Positions 10,480 to 22,012 of a stretch of DNA of 64,000 bases are shown here, piece by piece. Origin of the DNA: Candidatus Rokuibacteriota bacterium (GTDB taxonomy: Bacteria > Methylomirabilota > Methylomirabilia > Rokubacteriales > CSP1-6); contig JACQFL010000028.1 in the NCBI GenBank assembly GCA_016200085.1, positions 26,809 to 90,808 on the forward strand, given 5' to 3'. Position 1 is the stretch's first letter, and every line of letters begins with the position of its first letter. The notes below the pieces were generated by a model that had not been told where the DNA came from, ran no database searches, and saw only the letters and a list, made by a program, of their open reading frames with translations. Position numbers and translations under genes: made by a program.

Positions 10480-11056
10480 TCACGGAGTCCGGCGCTGGAA
10501 TATCGCGCCGAGCACGGCGTCGGCCGCCAGGCGGTCAGGCGGCGACGGTCTGACCAGGCGCGGCGGGGCGTCGGTCGATCGCGCGCTCCGCAAGCGCTCC
10601 AGGAGCTGGGGGAAGGAGGACGCCCGGACGATGGCGTCGAACTGGCTGCGGTAGTTCGCGACCAGGCTGCCGTCGACGACGACGTCGTAGACCGCCCACC
10701 CAGCGCCGCTCTCGAGCAGACGGTATTCGGAGCGGGATCGCGGTCCCGCGGGCGGTCGTCACTCGGGCGCGCACCTGGGCATGGCGGCCGCTGACCTTCT
10801 CGTCCTGGAACGCGATGTCGTCCCCGGCGCTCCGGTCGACGGCGGTCACATAGAACTGGTGCAACACGTCGGTGAACAGCCGGACGAACTCGTCCTGCTC
10901 CTTCGGTGTGTGGAAGTTCCAGTGCGGCCCGAGCGCGCGCCGGCTGATCTCGCCGAAGTCGAACAGGCGCTGCGCCCCGCCCGCCTGGCCCGCTGCGTGG
11001 GCGAGGGGAGCGAGCGTGAGCGCGACGAGGAAGACGGCGGCGACTCGGGCGGTCAT
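10480..11056 (-). pseudogene. mlaC: MlaC/Ttg2D-family phospholipid-binding protein, frameshifted near 10730
   Basis: First frame: FDFGEISRRALGPHW...EFVRLF. The continuation EYRLLESGAGWAVYDVVVDGSLVANYRSQFDAIVR is in another frame, ending at TGA 10480. Confidence 0.75.
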
Positions 11057-11118
11057 GGTGACACGAGTCTAGTCGGCCCGCACGGGCCGGCCCGGTGGAC
11101 CTTGGTCCTACGGCGAGA

Positions 11119-11745
11119 TCACTCCTTCGCGGCGATCACGCCCAGGCCGTCGGCCAGGCGCACGAGCTCGGCCACGGAGCCCGCCCGCATCTTGTCCATG
11201 ACCCGGGCGCGGTGCACCTTGACGGTCTTCTCCCCGATGCCGAGCGCGGCCCCGATCTGCTTGTTCAGCATGCCGGTCACGACGAGGGCGAAGACCTCGG
11301 TCTCGCGCGGCGTCAGCGTCCTGACGCGCGCCTGGATGTCGCTGACCTTGGCTTCGTCACCCCGGTCCCGCACGTCCTTGGCCACGGCGCGCTGGATCGC
11401 GGCCAGGAGGTCCTTGCTGTCGAACGGCTTGGTCAGGAAGTCGACGGCCCCGCCCTTCATGGCCTTGACGCTCATCGAGACGTCGCCGTGACCCGTGATG
11501 AAGACGATCGATCTGCGGTGGGCCGCGCCGGCGAGCGCTTCCTGCAGCTCGAGCCCGGTGAGGCCCGGCATCCGCACGTCGAGGATGAGACAGCACGGAC
11601 CCTTCGGGGGGGCGTGGGCGAGGTAGTCGCGGGCCGACGCGAACGTCTTGACCGCGTACCCGGCGGACGAGATCAACCGGGTGAGGCTCTTGCGCACCGA
11701 CGCGTCATCGTCGACGACGAAGACCACCGGCGCGCTGGCCGTCAT
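11119..11745 (-). CDS. FixJ/LuxR-family DNA-binding response regulator
   Basis: VFVVDDDASVR, LILDVRMPG, ITGHGD, DFLTKP, LTPRE...LNKQI...TVKVHRARVMDKM. Confidence 0.95.
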   Translation of the reverse strand: MTASAPVVFVVDDDASVRKSLTRLISSAGYAVKTFASARDYLAHAPPKGPCCLILDVRMPGLTGLELQEALAGAAHRRSIVFITGHGDVSMSVKAMKGGAVDFLTKPFDSKDLLAAIQRAVAKDVRDRGDEAKVSDIQARVRTLTPRETEVFALVVTGMLNKQIGAALGIGEKTVKVHRARVMDKMRAGSVAELVRLADGLGVIAAKE

Positions 11746-13574
11746 CGTGGATCGTCCTTGCTCAGGGGGAGCGTGAACTGGAACGTCGCGCCGCCGTCCG
11801 CGTTGTTCGCCGCCTCGAGCCGGCCGCCGTGGGCGTCCACGATGGTGCGCGCGATGGCCAGGCCCATGCCGATGCCTGCGGCCTTGGTCGTGTAGAGCGG
11901 CTCGAAGATCCTGTCAGCGTCCTTCTCGCTGATTCCCGGGCCCGAGTCCTGCACCGCCACGGCGGCGACCGCGGCGCCGTCGCCCAGCGTCCGGATGACG
12001 AGCCGGCGGTCGCGGGCCGGCGACTCCCGCATGGCCTCGAGGCCGTTCAGGACGAGGTTCAGGACGACCTGTTGCAGCTGCACCCGGTCGCCGAGCACTC
12101 TGGGCAGGCCCGCGGCGAGCTCGAGGCTCATCGAGACGTTCCGGATGATTGCGTCGTTCCTCACGAGCTGCGCCACTTCGGCGACGAGCTCGTTGAGGTC
12201 GAGGGGCACGTACTCGAGGTCGCCCTTCCTGAGCAGCTGACGCAGGCGCCGGATCACCTCGGCCGCGCGCTTGTCGTCCGCGACGATGTCGGCGAGGATC
12301 TCGCGCACCTCCTCCAGGTTCACGGCCTCCGACGCGAGGAAGCGCTGGGCCACTTGCGCGTTGTTGAGGATGGCCGTGAGCGGCTGGTTCAGCTCGTGGG
12401 CCAGCGACGCGGTCAGCTCGCCCATCGCCGAGACCCGCCCGATGTGGGTCAGCTCCTGCCGCAGCCGCTGCGCCTCGGTGTCCACCTGCCGGCGCGACAG
12501 GGCATTGGCGAACACCTCTCCCAGCAGGTGCAGTCCCTGCATGAGCTCCTCGGGCTTCCAGGGGCGCTCCGCGCGGACCGCGCTCAGCACGAGCCCGCCG
12601 ACCACCCGCCCGCCGACGAGCAGGGAGAGGGCGACCTGCGACGTGATCCCGCGCGTGAGACAGCTGCGCCGATCCACGGCCGCGTCCTCCGGGAGCTGGT
12701 CCACCGGAAAGGAGCCGGAGACGTCTCCCCGCCGTAACGCGGCCGTCATCCACGGGAAATCGTCCATGTCCATGTCCATGCCGTCGTCGCTCGTCCACGA
12801 GCGAACAACCGCCCCGTCCTTCGAGAACTCGACGAGGCTGGCATGATCGACGTCCAGGAGATCGGTGATCCGGCGAAGTCCGCGCTGGACCTCTCGATCG
12901 AAGTCCACGGCCGACAGATTGCTGAACGTCGTCGAGAGCGACGACAGGAGCTTCTCGAAGGCCAGGCGCTCGGCGAGCGAGACTTCCACGCGCCGCCGCT
13001 CGAGGGCGCTGGCGAAGGCTTCGCTCAGCAGGCGCAGCCGCTCGACCAGGTCGTCGGACCAGACGCGCTCGTCCTGGACGGAGTCGAACGAGAGGACGCC
13101 GAGCATCAGAGCGTTTCCGCGGAGCGGCAGGGACACGTGCGAGCGCGTCCCCACGCGCTCGTAGGCCGCTCGGTCGGTCGTCGCCTCCGGCGGGAGGTCA
13201 TCGAGTCGGGAGAAGCGCACGAGGTCACCGCGGCCCAGCTTCTCGGCGGTCCAGGGGAACAGGCCGCCGTGCGTGATCCCGGGCCGCGCGTCGATGCCCG
13301 GCGATACGCACGAGATCCGGCGGACTCCCGGCTCGTCCGCGTCGTATTCCTCGAGCGTGCCCCGATCGGCGCCGAGGAACGCGACGACCTGCGCGAGCCC
13401 ACGCTCCAGCGCGGCGTCGATGGTGCTCGCCGGGACGTGAATCAGGCCCGCCGAGGTCTCGGAGAGCAGGGTCTCGAAGCGCAGGCGCTCTTCCAGCAGC
13501 GAGGTGGCGTGCCGGCGCGCCACGCGCCGGCGCAGCCACCGGTAGGCGCCCTGGATCGGCAGGAGGATCGTCAC
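11742..13574 (-). CDS. Sensor histidine kinase with two GAF domains (FixL-like kinase core)
   Basis: H-box LAHELNQPL, N-box QVVLNLVLNG, DSGPG, GIGMGLAI; repeated GAF-like segments; 4-nt overlap with regulator; TATAAT at 13621..13626 (minus). Confidence 0.9.
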   Translation of the reverse strand: MTILLPIQGAYRWLRRRVARRHATSLLEERLRFETLLSETSAGLIHVPASTIDAALERGLAQVVAFLGADRGTLEEYDADEPGVRRISCVSPGIDARPGITHGGLFPWTAEKLGRGDLVRFSRLDDLPPEATTDRAAYERVGTRSHVSLPLRGNALMLGVLSFDSVQDERVWSDDLVERLRLLSEAFASALERRRVEVSLAERLAFEKLLSSLSTTFSNLSAVDFDREVQRGLRRITDLLDVDHASLVEFSKDGAVVRSWTSDDGMDMDMDDFPWMTAALRRGDVSGSFPVDQLPEDAAVDRRSCLTRGITSQVALSLLVGGRVVGGLVLSAVRAERPWKPEELMQGLHLLGEVFANALSRRQVDTEAQRLRQELTHIGRVSAMGELTASLAHELNQPLTAILNNAQVAQRFLASEAVNLEEVREILADIVADDKRAAEVIRRLRQLLRKGDLEYVPLDLNELVAEVAQLVRNDAIIRNVSMSLELAAGLPRVLGDRVQLQQVVLNLVLNGLEAMRESPARDRRLVIRTLGDGAAVAAVAVQDSGPGISEKDADRIFEPLYTTKAAGIGMGLAIARTIVDAHGGRLEAANNADGGATFQFTLPLSKDDPR

Positions 13575-13680
13575 GCCTTCCTTTCCTCCCGCGGCGAGGG
13601 GGCCGCGGCAGGCTTCCCAGATTATACGGCAGGAGGCGGGCAGGGGCGGGCCGGGCGCGACCGGAGACGCTGTGGGACCG

Positions 13681-14520
13681 TCATGAAGTCTGGATGGCCG
13701 ACAGCATCCAGGAGTTGAAGCCGGCCGGGCGCGCAAACGTCCAGAATTCCTGGACGTCCCTGGGGATCGTTCTCGAACCGTCCACGAGGCTGTCCACCTC
13801 GTCAACGGTGTAATCGACGATCGAGCCGCCAATGTGCGCCGTCAGGTAATCGCGCCCACTCTCCTGCCACGCCTCCGTGATCTCGGCCGTGATCTCGACG
13901 CGTTCGACGCGGTTCACCCGGCGGGTGCTCCGCAATCGGTCACATTGCGCCTGCAGCTCGCCATACATCTCCGGGGTGACGCGACCGCGCAGGGAACGGA
14001 GGTCCCGGGTCATCCACGCGCTCTGGGCGTCGCGGAACACCATGCCCGCATACCCGGCGAACCGGCTCGGATCGAATCTCGGGTCGGTCTGGCGGATGTC
14101 ACGAACTCCCCGCTCGAAGCTCGACTCCCCGTTCGAATCGTCGCCTGCCACTGCTCGACCGGACGGCGCATCGACACCGCTCGGCCCATCCACAGCCGCG
14201 AGAGGCGGCGGCAGAGGCGCGGCGTGGCGCCGGCGAACGAACATCAGCAGGAAGACGATTTCTCCCGCAAGCAACAGGCCCAGGCGGCCCGCGTCCATGC
14301 TCCCGAAGCCTCCCAGGAGCGCGCCGCCGATGACCCCGGCGCCCGCCACGCCCGCCAGCGGGCCTATCCACGGGTGAAAGCGGCGGACTGGAGGTGCCGG
14401 CCGCCTGATCTCACGAGGGCGCGGCGGCTCGAGATGGTCAGGGATGGGCCGAACGGCCGCCAAACCACGCGAGCCACGACTGCCGATCAGACGCGTCGAA
14501 CGATCAAGGAAGGTGATCAA
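13681..14520 (-). CDS. Tim44-domain protein (start uncertain, N-terminus possibly degraded)
   Basis: GSRGSRG motif, Gly-rich TM, DPRFDPSRF...QSAW...TPEMY...EFWTFARP...WMLSAIQ. Confidence 0.8.
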   Translation of the reverse strand: MITFLDRSTRLIGSRGSRGLAAVRPIPDHLEPPRPREIRRPAPPVRRFHPWIGPLAGVAGAGVIGGALLGGFGSMDAGRLGLLLAGEIVFLLMFVRRRHAAPLPPPLAAVDGPSGVDAPSGRAVAGDDSNGESSFERGVRDIRQTDPRFDPSRFAGYAGMVFRDAQSAWMTRDLRSLRGRVTPEMYGELQAQCDRLRSTRRVNRVERVEITAEITEAWQESGRDYLTAHIGGSIVDYTVDEVDSLVDGSRTIPRDVQEFWTFARPAGFNSWMLSAIQTS

Positions 14521-14550
14521 CGACGATGATTCCTCCCCCGCGCACGGTCA

Positions 14551-14836
14551 GGCCTCGGGGGTGTCCGAGTCCTGGTGGTCGACGATGCACCGCATGTACG
14601 GGAGCGACCTCGGGATGCCCGACAAGGGCGGCTACTGGCTGATCGGCCAGGTTCGGGCGCTGCCACCCGGGCGCGGCGGCACGACGCCGGCGGCGGCCCT
14701 CACCGCTTACGTGGGACCCGAGCACCGCGCCAGCGTCCTCCGCGCGGGGTTCCCGTACCACGTGGAAAAACCCGTCGGCGGTCGTGAGCTGATCGGCGTC
14801 GTCGCGATGCTGGCGCTCGACGAGCCGGTCGGATGA
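14551..14836 (+). pseudogene. Response-regulator receiver remnant with internal deletion/frameshift
   Basis: LGGVRVLVVDDAPHVRE in one frame joins at ~14603 to SDLGMPDKGGYWLIGQVRAL...AALTAY...HVEKP in another; the middle of the receiver is missing. Confidence 0.75.
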
Positions 14837-14861
14837 GGTGCGGGTCTCCACGACGTACGGC

Positions 14862-15218
14862 TCAGAAGCCCCTCCGCCTCATGCAACTGCGATATGCGGC
14901 CTGGTACGTGGCGTGCTTCGCTCCTTCCGCCCCCATGCCGTGGATCTGCGGATCCGACGACTCGATGGCTCTGCCCGTGAGGTCCGGGGAGCTCACCGTC
15001 ATGGCGCCGTCGCGCGCGGTATCGGCGCGGACGTGGTCGCCCGTGGTCGGTGAGGCGGTTCCGGCTTTGACCACGTGGGGCGCTTCTCCGTTGCAGGCGG
15101 CGAAGTCGGCGGCGGTGGGGATCTCGCCCTCGGCCGCCCGCGTGGCGGCGAGCGAGACGACAAGGATCAGGGCGAGGACGAGCACGACTCGGCGCTGACG
15201 AGGGCCGTAAAGGCTCAC
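14862..15218 (-). CDS. Hypothetical secreted protein
   Basis: GTG overlaps upstream TGA (GTGA); signal peptide; paired Cys (FAACN...YRSCMRRRGF). Confidence 0.7.
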   Translation of the reverse strand: MSLYGPRQRRVVLVLALILVVSLAATRAAEGEIPTAADFAACNGEAPHVVKAGTASPTTGDHVRADTARDGAMTVSSPDLTGRAIESSDPQIHGMGAEGAKHATYQAAYRSCMRRRGF

Positions 15219-15649
15219 GGCGCGCTGGCCAGGACAGTGGTGGGCGGCACCGCCACCGTGTGGCGGGCTCGCCGGCGAGCCGGGCTCACGAGCACCGCCA
15301 ACGCGGCGATGCCGAGCACGCCGGGCACGACCTTGGCTTCGACCGACCGGGGCGATGCCCACACGCCCCAGGCCCCGATCAGCAGCAGCGGCACGAGAAT
15401 CACCTGCGCCGGCGGCCACACGCGACGCACGCGGCGCAGGGAAGTCTCGCCGCGGCTGCCGCCCATGCGCGTGTGCAGCAGGGCCCAGGTCACGAACACG
15501 GCGACGACGATGGCGGGCACCCACTCGGCGAACCAGACGAGAGCGGCGACGATTCCGAGAATGGTCGCGCGTTGCCGCTTCGGCGCGCTGTCCACGAGAC
15601 CGGCCACTACCCGACCACCAATCCCGCGAGCGCTCCCGTCACGACCCAC
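15215..15649 (-). CDS. Hypothetical membrane protein
   Basis: 3-4 hydrophobic segments; coupled to the downstream gene. Confidence 0.6.
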   Translation of the reverse strand: MGRDGSARGIGGRVVAGLVDSAPKRQRATILGIVAALVWFAEWVPAIVVAVFVTWALLHTRMGGSRGETSLRRVRRVWPPAQVILVPLLLIGAWGVWASPRSVEAKVVPGVLGIAALAVLVSPARRRARHTVAVPPTTVLASAP

Positions 15650-15703
15650 GACACGAACATGGCGAAACTCATGACTGTCTCTCCTTCACGCGTTCGTAGC
15701 GCA

Positions 15704-16765
15704 TCACTGTGTCCGCGCCGTCTCGCGCGCCGCGCTCCGGCGGGGTGTGCCTCCGCTCGATGGGCGAGGGCGCCTTCGGCCCGGGCGCGCCGCCGTCTTG
15801 TCGCCGTTTCGCTGGACCAGGAGGGCGGCGAGCATCTCGATCGCCCGCGGGTCGAGGGCCCGATCGTCGATCATGACCTGCACGGTGGCGCCCGCGAGCG
15901 CACGAACGCGCTCGGCCGCCGACGTGGGGCACACGACGACGTCCACGCGCCGCAGCAGGCGCCCCAGCGCGGCTCCCTCGGCGGGGGACGTCCCGACCAG
16001 CGTGATGTTCGGCAGGCCGGCGTTGGCGATGGAGTGCTCCAGATTGTGGGCCGTCTCCGCGGCGGCCGACGCCACGCCCACCCGCGTCCCCGACGGCCGC
16101 TGGGCCAGCCGGTGGAGGGTCTCGAGATGCGCCTCGGCGAGGAGCGCGACGACGGGGGCGCGGTTGCTGCCGAGCAGCCTCTCCACCTCCGGGAGGTGGC
16201 CGAAGCTCGTGACCGCCGCGCCCCAGCGTGCGGCTCGCCTCTCGCGCCGCGCCACGGACGGCAGATCGTGCAGGAGCACCTTGTCGACGTGGACGGGGAG
16301 ATGGGCCTCGATCTCCCGCGCGAAGAAATCGAGCTCCGCGGGGCTGCACTCGACGAGGAGGATCTCGAGGCCGTCCTGGACGGCGACGGGCCGGATCTGC
16401 GCCAGGCTGAGCACGCCCACCGCGAGGTCGTCGGCGGTGATCCCCCGGGCGGCGGCCTGGATCACGACGTCCTGCAGAAACCGCTCGCGAAGGTGCGGGG
16501 ACGGACGGGCGGGCGGCACGGGCGCCACGAACACGCCCCGGCCCCGATGGGCTTCCACGTATCCGCCGTGCTTGAGGTCCTCGATGACGCGCGCGACGGT
16601 ATTCGGGTTGATCGCGAGAAAGCCGGCGAGCTCCCGGATGCTCGGCAGCGCCTCGTCCCGGGGCACGCCGCCGCCCTCGATGACGTGCTTGATCTGCTCC
16701 GTCAGCTGCCGGCGGATGGGGATCGGGCTGCGCGCGTCCACCTTCAAGTCCGTCGGGATCTTCAT
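15704..16765 (-). CDS. GntR (YtrA-like wHTH) transcriptional regulator with long C-terminal domain
   Basis: PIPIRRQL...[25 protein letters not shown]...RGRGVFV. Confidence 0.9.
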   Translation of the reverse strand: MKIPTDLKVDARSPIPIRRQLTEQIKHVIEGGGVPRDEALPSIRELAGFLAINPNTVARVIEDLKHGGYVEAHRGRGVFVAPVPPARPSPHLRERFLQDVVIQAAARGITADDLAVGVLSLAQIRPVAVQDGLEILLVECSPAELDFFAREIEAHLPVHVDKVLLHDLPSVARRERRAARWGAAVTSFGHLPEVERLLGSNRAPVVALLAEAHLETLHRLAQRPSGTRVGVASAAAETAHNLEHSIANAGLPNITLVGTSPAEGAALGRLLRRVDVVVCPTSAAERVRALAGATVQVMIDDRALDPRAIEMLAALLVQRNGDKTAARPGRRRPRPSSGGTPRRSAARETARTQ

Positions 16766-16788
16766 ACTGTATTACAACACTAGTACAC
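16766..16788. promoter_or_regulatory. Putative GntR operator 1 (ACTGTA-N11-GTACAC) overlapping the gntR promoter
   Basis: actgtattacaacactagtacac; minus-strand promoter TTGACA (16805..16800)-17 nt-TAGTGT just upstream of the ATG. Confidence 0.7.
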
Positions 16789-16844
16789 AAGATCACTCAT
16801 GTCAAGGCCCACGGCGACCTTCCCGTGCAGCAGGGCCAGTTAAA

Positions 16845-16875
16845 TTGACACACTGTACTATTTTAGTGGTACACT
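16845..16875 (+). promoter_or_regulatory. groESL promoter with putative GntR operator 2 (16852..16874)
   Basis: TTGACA at 16845, extended -10 TGGTACACT (19-nt spacer), overlapped by actgtactattttagtggtacac. Confidence 0.65.
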
Positions 16876-16943
16876 CAGCTTCGCTCAGGCACCAAATCGC
16901 AACACCCGCGCACCACACCCTGGAAGTGGGAGGTACCCGCACG

Positions 16944-17252
16944 ATGGCCGAGACAAGGAAGACGACGTTCCGTCCGCTGCACGACCGCGTACTCGTCAAG
17001 CGCCTCGAAGAGCAGGACGCCAGGCACGGCAGTCTCATCATCCCCGACAGCGCCAAGGAAAAGCCGCAGGAGGGGCAAGTGGTCGCGGTCGGCACCGGCA
17101 GGGTCACCGACGAGGGCAAGAGCCTTCCGCTCGCGCTGAAGGCCGGCGACCGGATCCTGTTCAGCAAGTATTCCGGCAACGAGGTCAAGCTCGACGGCGA
17201 GGAGTTCCTCATCATGAAGGAGGAGGACGTCCTCGGCATCGTCGGCTCATGA
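16944..17252 (+). CDS. groES: Co-chaperonin GroES
   Basis: [12 protein letters not shown]...[13 protein letters not shown]...[10 protein letters not shown]; GGAGG RBS. Confidence 0.97.
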   Translation: MAETRKTTFRPLHDRVLVKRLEEQDARHGSLIIPDSAKEKPQEGQVVAVGTGRVTDEGKSLPLALKAGDRILFSKYSGNEVKLDGEEFLIMKEEDVLGIVGS

Positions 17253-18929
<1,677 letters not shown>

Positions 18930-19071
18930 CCGTGGCGATGTAACCGGTACGGGCAGGCCGGACGGCCGCGCGGCGCTCGATCCGGGCGCTCGCGGCCGGG
19001 CCGGCCGGCCACGCGATCAGGATTTCGACGGCAGCGCGGCCAACCCGAAGGCCGCGGCCCAGGCGCACTGC

Positions 19072-19827
19072 TCACGCGTGCGGTGACGGCTCATTCGGGG
19101 CCGCGGCCGTCAGCGGTCCGAGGATGACGAGCAGGCGCATCGCCGCGAGGGCGCGGATGACGGGCCACGAGGGGTCGAACTCCGAGCGCCGGACGCTGAA
19201 CTTTGGCGCGCGCGGATGTGCGTGGTGGTTGTTGTGCAGGCTTTCGCCGGCGGTGAGCCAGGCCAGCACGGCGCTGTTGTGCGCGGTGTTCTCGAAGTTC
19301 TGTCGGCCCCGCCAGTGGCCCACGCCGTTGATGAGGGGCGCGACCACGAAGACGTAGAGCACCGCGTGGCCGGCGGCGGCGGCCAGGCCGGCCCACCACC
19401 CGAGCACGAGACAGAGCAACCCTGTGCCGAGAGCGAGCCCGGCGAGTCCGTGCGAGAACAGCGCCCGGTCGAGCACGTCCGGGGTGATGTCGGGCGCGTA
19501 CCGGTCGAGCGTGTCGGGCTTGCGGGCCTCGCGGGCGTAGTAGACGACGTTCAGGAGCAGGACCCGCCACAGACCGAGCAGCCGGGGGCTGTGCGGATCG
19601 CCTTCCCGGTCGGTGAAGGCGTGGTGCTTGCGATGCACGGCGACCCACTCACGACGGTGCTGTCCCGTGGTGAGCCACAGCACCGCGCGGAACACGACGC
19701 CGGCCAGGGGCGACAGCGTCACGGCCCGATGGGCGAGGGCGCGGTGCAGATAGATGGAAGTCGCGATCGAAGCGATCTGGGTGAGCGCGATCGAGGTCGC
19801 CACCGTCACGAGCACGGTGACCGTCAC
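19072..19827 (-). CDS. Fatty acid (acyl-CoA/acyl-lipid delta-9 type) desaturase
   Basis: His boxes HRALAH, HRKHH, HNNHH; DPHSP. Confidence 0.92.
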   Translation of the reverse strand: MTVTVLVTVATSIALTQIASIATSIYLHRALAHRAVTLSPLAGVVFRAVLWLTTGQHRREWVAVHRKHHAFTDREGDPHSPRLLGLWRVLLLNVVYYAREARKPDTLDRYAPDITPDVLDRALFSHGLAGLALGTGLLCLVLGWWAGLAAAAGHAVLYVFVVAPLINGVGHWRGRQNFENTAHNSAVLAWLTAGESLHNNHHAHPRAPKFSVRRSEFDPSWPVIRALAAMRLLVILGPLTAAAPNEPSPHA

Positions 19828-19968
19828 CGGACGAGGTCCAGACAGAACGAGCGAGCGGTGTGCGGGGGCATCGGCACCTCGGGAAGACGACGTGAGCGAG
19901 GCAGGCCATGATCACCGACGTTCCGACGCCTGCATGCGCGAGCCCGGAGAACGGCAGCGGAGGCACCT

Positions 19969-20010
19969 CAGTATACACGCTGGCGTCGCCACGGCGCGCC
20001 GCGTATACTG
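19969..20010. promoter_or_regulatory. Back-to-back -10 elements (TATACT on both strands) between desaturase and RRM gene
   Basis: cagtatac (19969..19976) and gtatactg (20003..20010) form an inverted pair. Confidence 0.5.
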
Positions 20011-20121
20011 ACGACGTCTGGTTCAGGCACCGGCTCACTGTCGAGCCCCCTCCCTCAGGCAGCGTCTCCCACTGCTCCGCGGTCAGAGGCGTTCAACCAG
20101 CGGATTCTGGGGGACTCACGC

Positions 20122-20418
20122 ATGGCACAGAAGCTCTTCGTCGGCGGCATCGCCTTCAGTACCTCCACGGACGCGCTCCGCACCTTCTTCGCGCAATCCG
20201 GCGAAGTCGTGTCGGCCAACGTCATCACCGACCAGTTCTCGGGTCAGTCGCGCGGTTTCGGATTCGTCGAGATGGCCACGGCCGAGGAAGCCAACCGCGC
20301 CGTCGCGGACCTCAATGGCCGCGAGCTCGACGGGCGCTCCCTGAAGGTGGAGCTCGCCAAGCCGAAGGCCGCCAGCGGCGGTTCCTCGGGACAGGGCGGC
20401 CGCGGCGGCTGGCGGTAG
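20122..20418 (+). CDS. RRM RNA-binding protein with Gly-rich tail
   Basis: RNP2 KLFVGGI, RNP1 RGFGFVEM. Confidence 0.95.
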   Translation: MAQKLFVGGIAFSTSTDALRTFFAQSGEVVSANVITDQFSGQSRGFGFVEMATAEEANRAVADLNGRELDGRSLKVELAKPKAASGGSSGQGGRGGWR

Positions 20419-20461
20419 ACCGGATGGCTGCGGCGTCCGCGACGGCCGGGCGGAGGGGTCC

Positions 20462-20659
20462 ATGAGATCGCTCCAGGTCGGTGACGTCGTCGTCCGCCGC
20501 AGCCGCCTGCTCCGAACCCGTGGGGCGGTCGTCAAGCTCACCCAGGGCAAGCGCGACGGTGTCCGGCTCGTGTGGGTGAAGTGGGACCACGCCACGACGC
20601 TCCCCAACCCGAGCCTCGAGCTCGAGGACACCCTCGACGGGCCACGGCCCGGCCCGTAG
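20462..20659 (+). CDS. Small hypothetical protein (65 aa)
   Basis: GGAGGGG RBS, coding-like codon bias, beta-rich (LQVGDVVV...VWVKWD). Confidence 0.7.
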   Translation: MRSLQVGDVVVRRSRLLRTRGAVVKLTQGKRDGVRLVWVKWDHATTLPNPSLELEDTLDGPRPGP

Positions 20660-20690
20660 GAGCGCCTCACCACCCTGCCGCGGGCAGCCG

Positions 20691-20719
20691 TTGACAGGGT
20701 CCCCGCCCGGACCTATACT
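20691..20719 (+). promoter_or_regulatory. Sigma70-type promoter of the guaB3-guaA-dnaE-accA cluster
   Basis: TTGACA-17 nt-TATACT. Confidence 0.8.
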
Positions 20720-20841
20720 CTACGAAATCTTGTATCCGTCGTCGCCACCATCGCTACATACGGGAGTCGGGGCGGGTCAGCCACCCGCGCCGCAGATCAC
20801 GATCCTGCCACCGCCACGCCACGAGTAGGGGGGAGCACAGC

Positions 20842-22002
20842 ATGGGCATGTGGGTCGGGCGAGGCCGCAAAGCGAGAGCCGCGTACGGGTTCGATGACAT
20901 CGCGCTGGTGCCGGGGGCGCTGACCGTCAACCCGAACGAGGTGGACATCTCCTGGGAGCTCTGCGGGCAGCGCTACGAGATCCCCATCATCGCCGCGGCC
21001 ATGGACGGGGTGGTGAGTCCGCGCCTGGCCGTCGAGATGGGCCGCCTGGGCGGCCTCGCCGTGCTCAACCTCGAGGGGATCTTCGCCCGGTACCAGGATC
21101 CCGACGACGTGCTCGAGCGAATCGTCTCGGCCAGCCAGGAGCAGGCGACCAAGATCATCCAGTCGATCTACGCCGAGCCGATCAAGGAAGATCTGATCCA
21201 CCGGCGCATCCAGGAGATCAAGAAGGGCGGCTCCTCGGCCGTCGTCTCCTCGATCCCCCAGCGCGCCGAGCGCTTCGGCCAGATCGCCCAGGAGGCCGGG
21301 GCCGACGTCTTCGTGGTGCAGTCCACCGTGACCACCGCGCGACACATCGCGACCGAGTACACCCCGGTCGACCTGCGCAAGCTCAAGAAGTCGCTCGCCA
21401 TCCCGCTCATCATCGGCAACGTCGTGACATACGAGGCCTGCCTCGAGCTGATGGAGACCGGGGTCGACGCGCTGCTGATCGGCGTCGGGCCCGGCGCCGC
21501 CTGCACGAGCCGCGAGGTCCTCGGGCTCGGCGTGCCGCAGGTGACGGCCACCGCCGACTCCGCGGCCGCGCGCGACTTCTACTACAAGCAGACCGGCCGC
21601 TACGTGCCGATCATCACCGATGGCGGCATGACCACGGGCGGCGACGTGTGCAAGGCGCTGGCCTCCGGGGCCGACGCCGTCATGATCGGCTCCGCCTTCG
21701 CGCGCGCCACCGAGGCGCCCGGCCGCGGCTATCACTGGGGCATGGCGACGCCGCACCAGAACCTGCCGCGTGGCACCCGGATCCGGGTGGGCAGCGTGGG
21801 GCCGCTCGAGCAGATTCTCTTCGGGCCGGCGTTCACCGAGGAGGGCACGCTCAACCTGGTGGGCGCCATCCGCACCTGCATGGGCTCGGTCGGTGCGCGC
21901 AGCATTCGCGAGCTGCAGCAGACCGAGCTGATCATCGCCCCGGCGATCAAGACGGAAGGCAAGGTCTTCCAGCACGCACAGAAGCTGGGGCGGCCGCGGT
22001 AG
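20842..22002 (+). CDS. guaB3: IMP dehydrogenase family protein (GuaB3 type, no CBS domains)
   Basis: [45 protein letters not shown]. Confidence 0.9.
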   Translation: MGMWVGRGRKARAAYGFDDIALVPGALTVNPNEVDISWELCGQRYEIPIIAAAMDGVVSPRLAVEMGRLGGLAVLNLEGIFARYQDPDDVLERIVSASQEQATKIIQSIYAEPIKEDLIHRRIQEIKKGGSSAVVSSIPQRAERFGQIAQEAGADVFVVQSTVTTARHIATEYTPVDLRKLKKSLAIPLIIGNVVTYEACLELMETGVDALLIGVGPGAACTSREVLGLGVPQVTATADSAAARDFYYKQTGRYVPIITDGGMTTGGDVCKALASGADAVMIGSAFARATEAPGRGYHWGMATPHQNLPRGTRIRVGSVGPLEQILFGPAFTEEGTLNLVGAIRTCMGSVGARSIRELQQTELIIAPAIKTEGKVFQHAQKLGRPR

Positions 22003-22012
22003 GTCCGGGGTC

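Noticed and set aside
10700-10760. Programmed frameshift in mlaC
   Set aside because: No slippery heptamer at the junction, and the gene also lacks part of its N-terminus; decay or a sequencing error is more likely.
222-16765. Prophage or integrative element
   Set aside because: No integrase, phage genes, tRNA target or att-like direct repeats found.
16790-16943. CIRCE element upstream of groES
   Set aside because: No TTAGCACTC-N9-GAGTGCTAA match.
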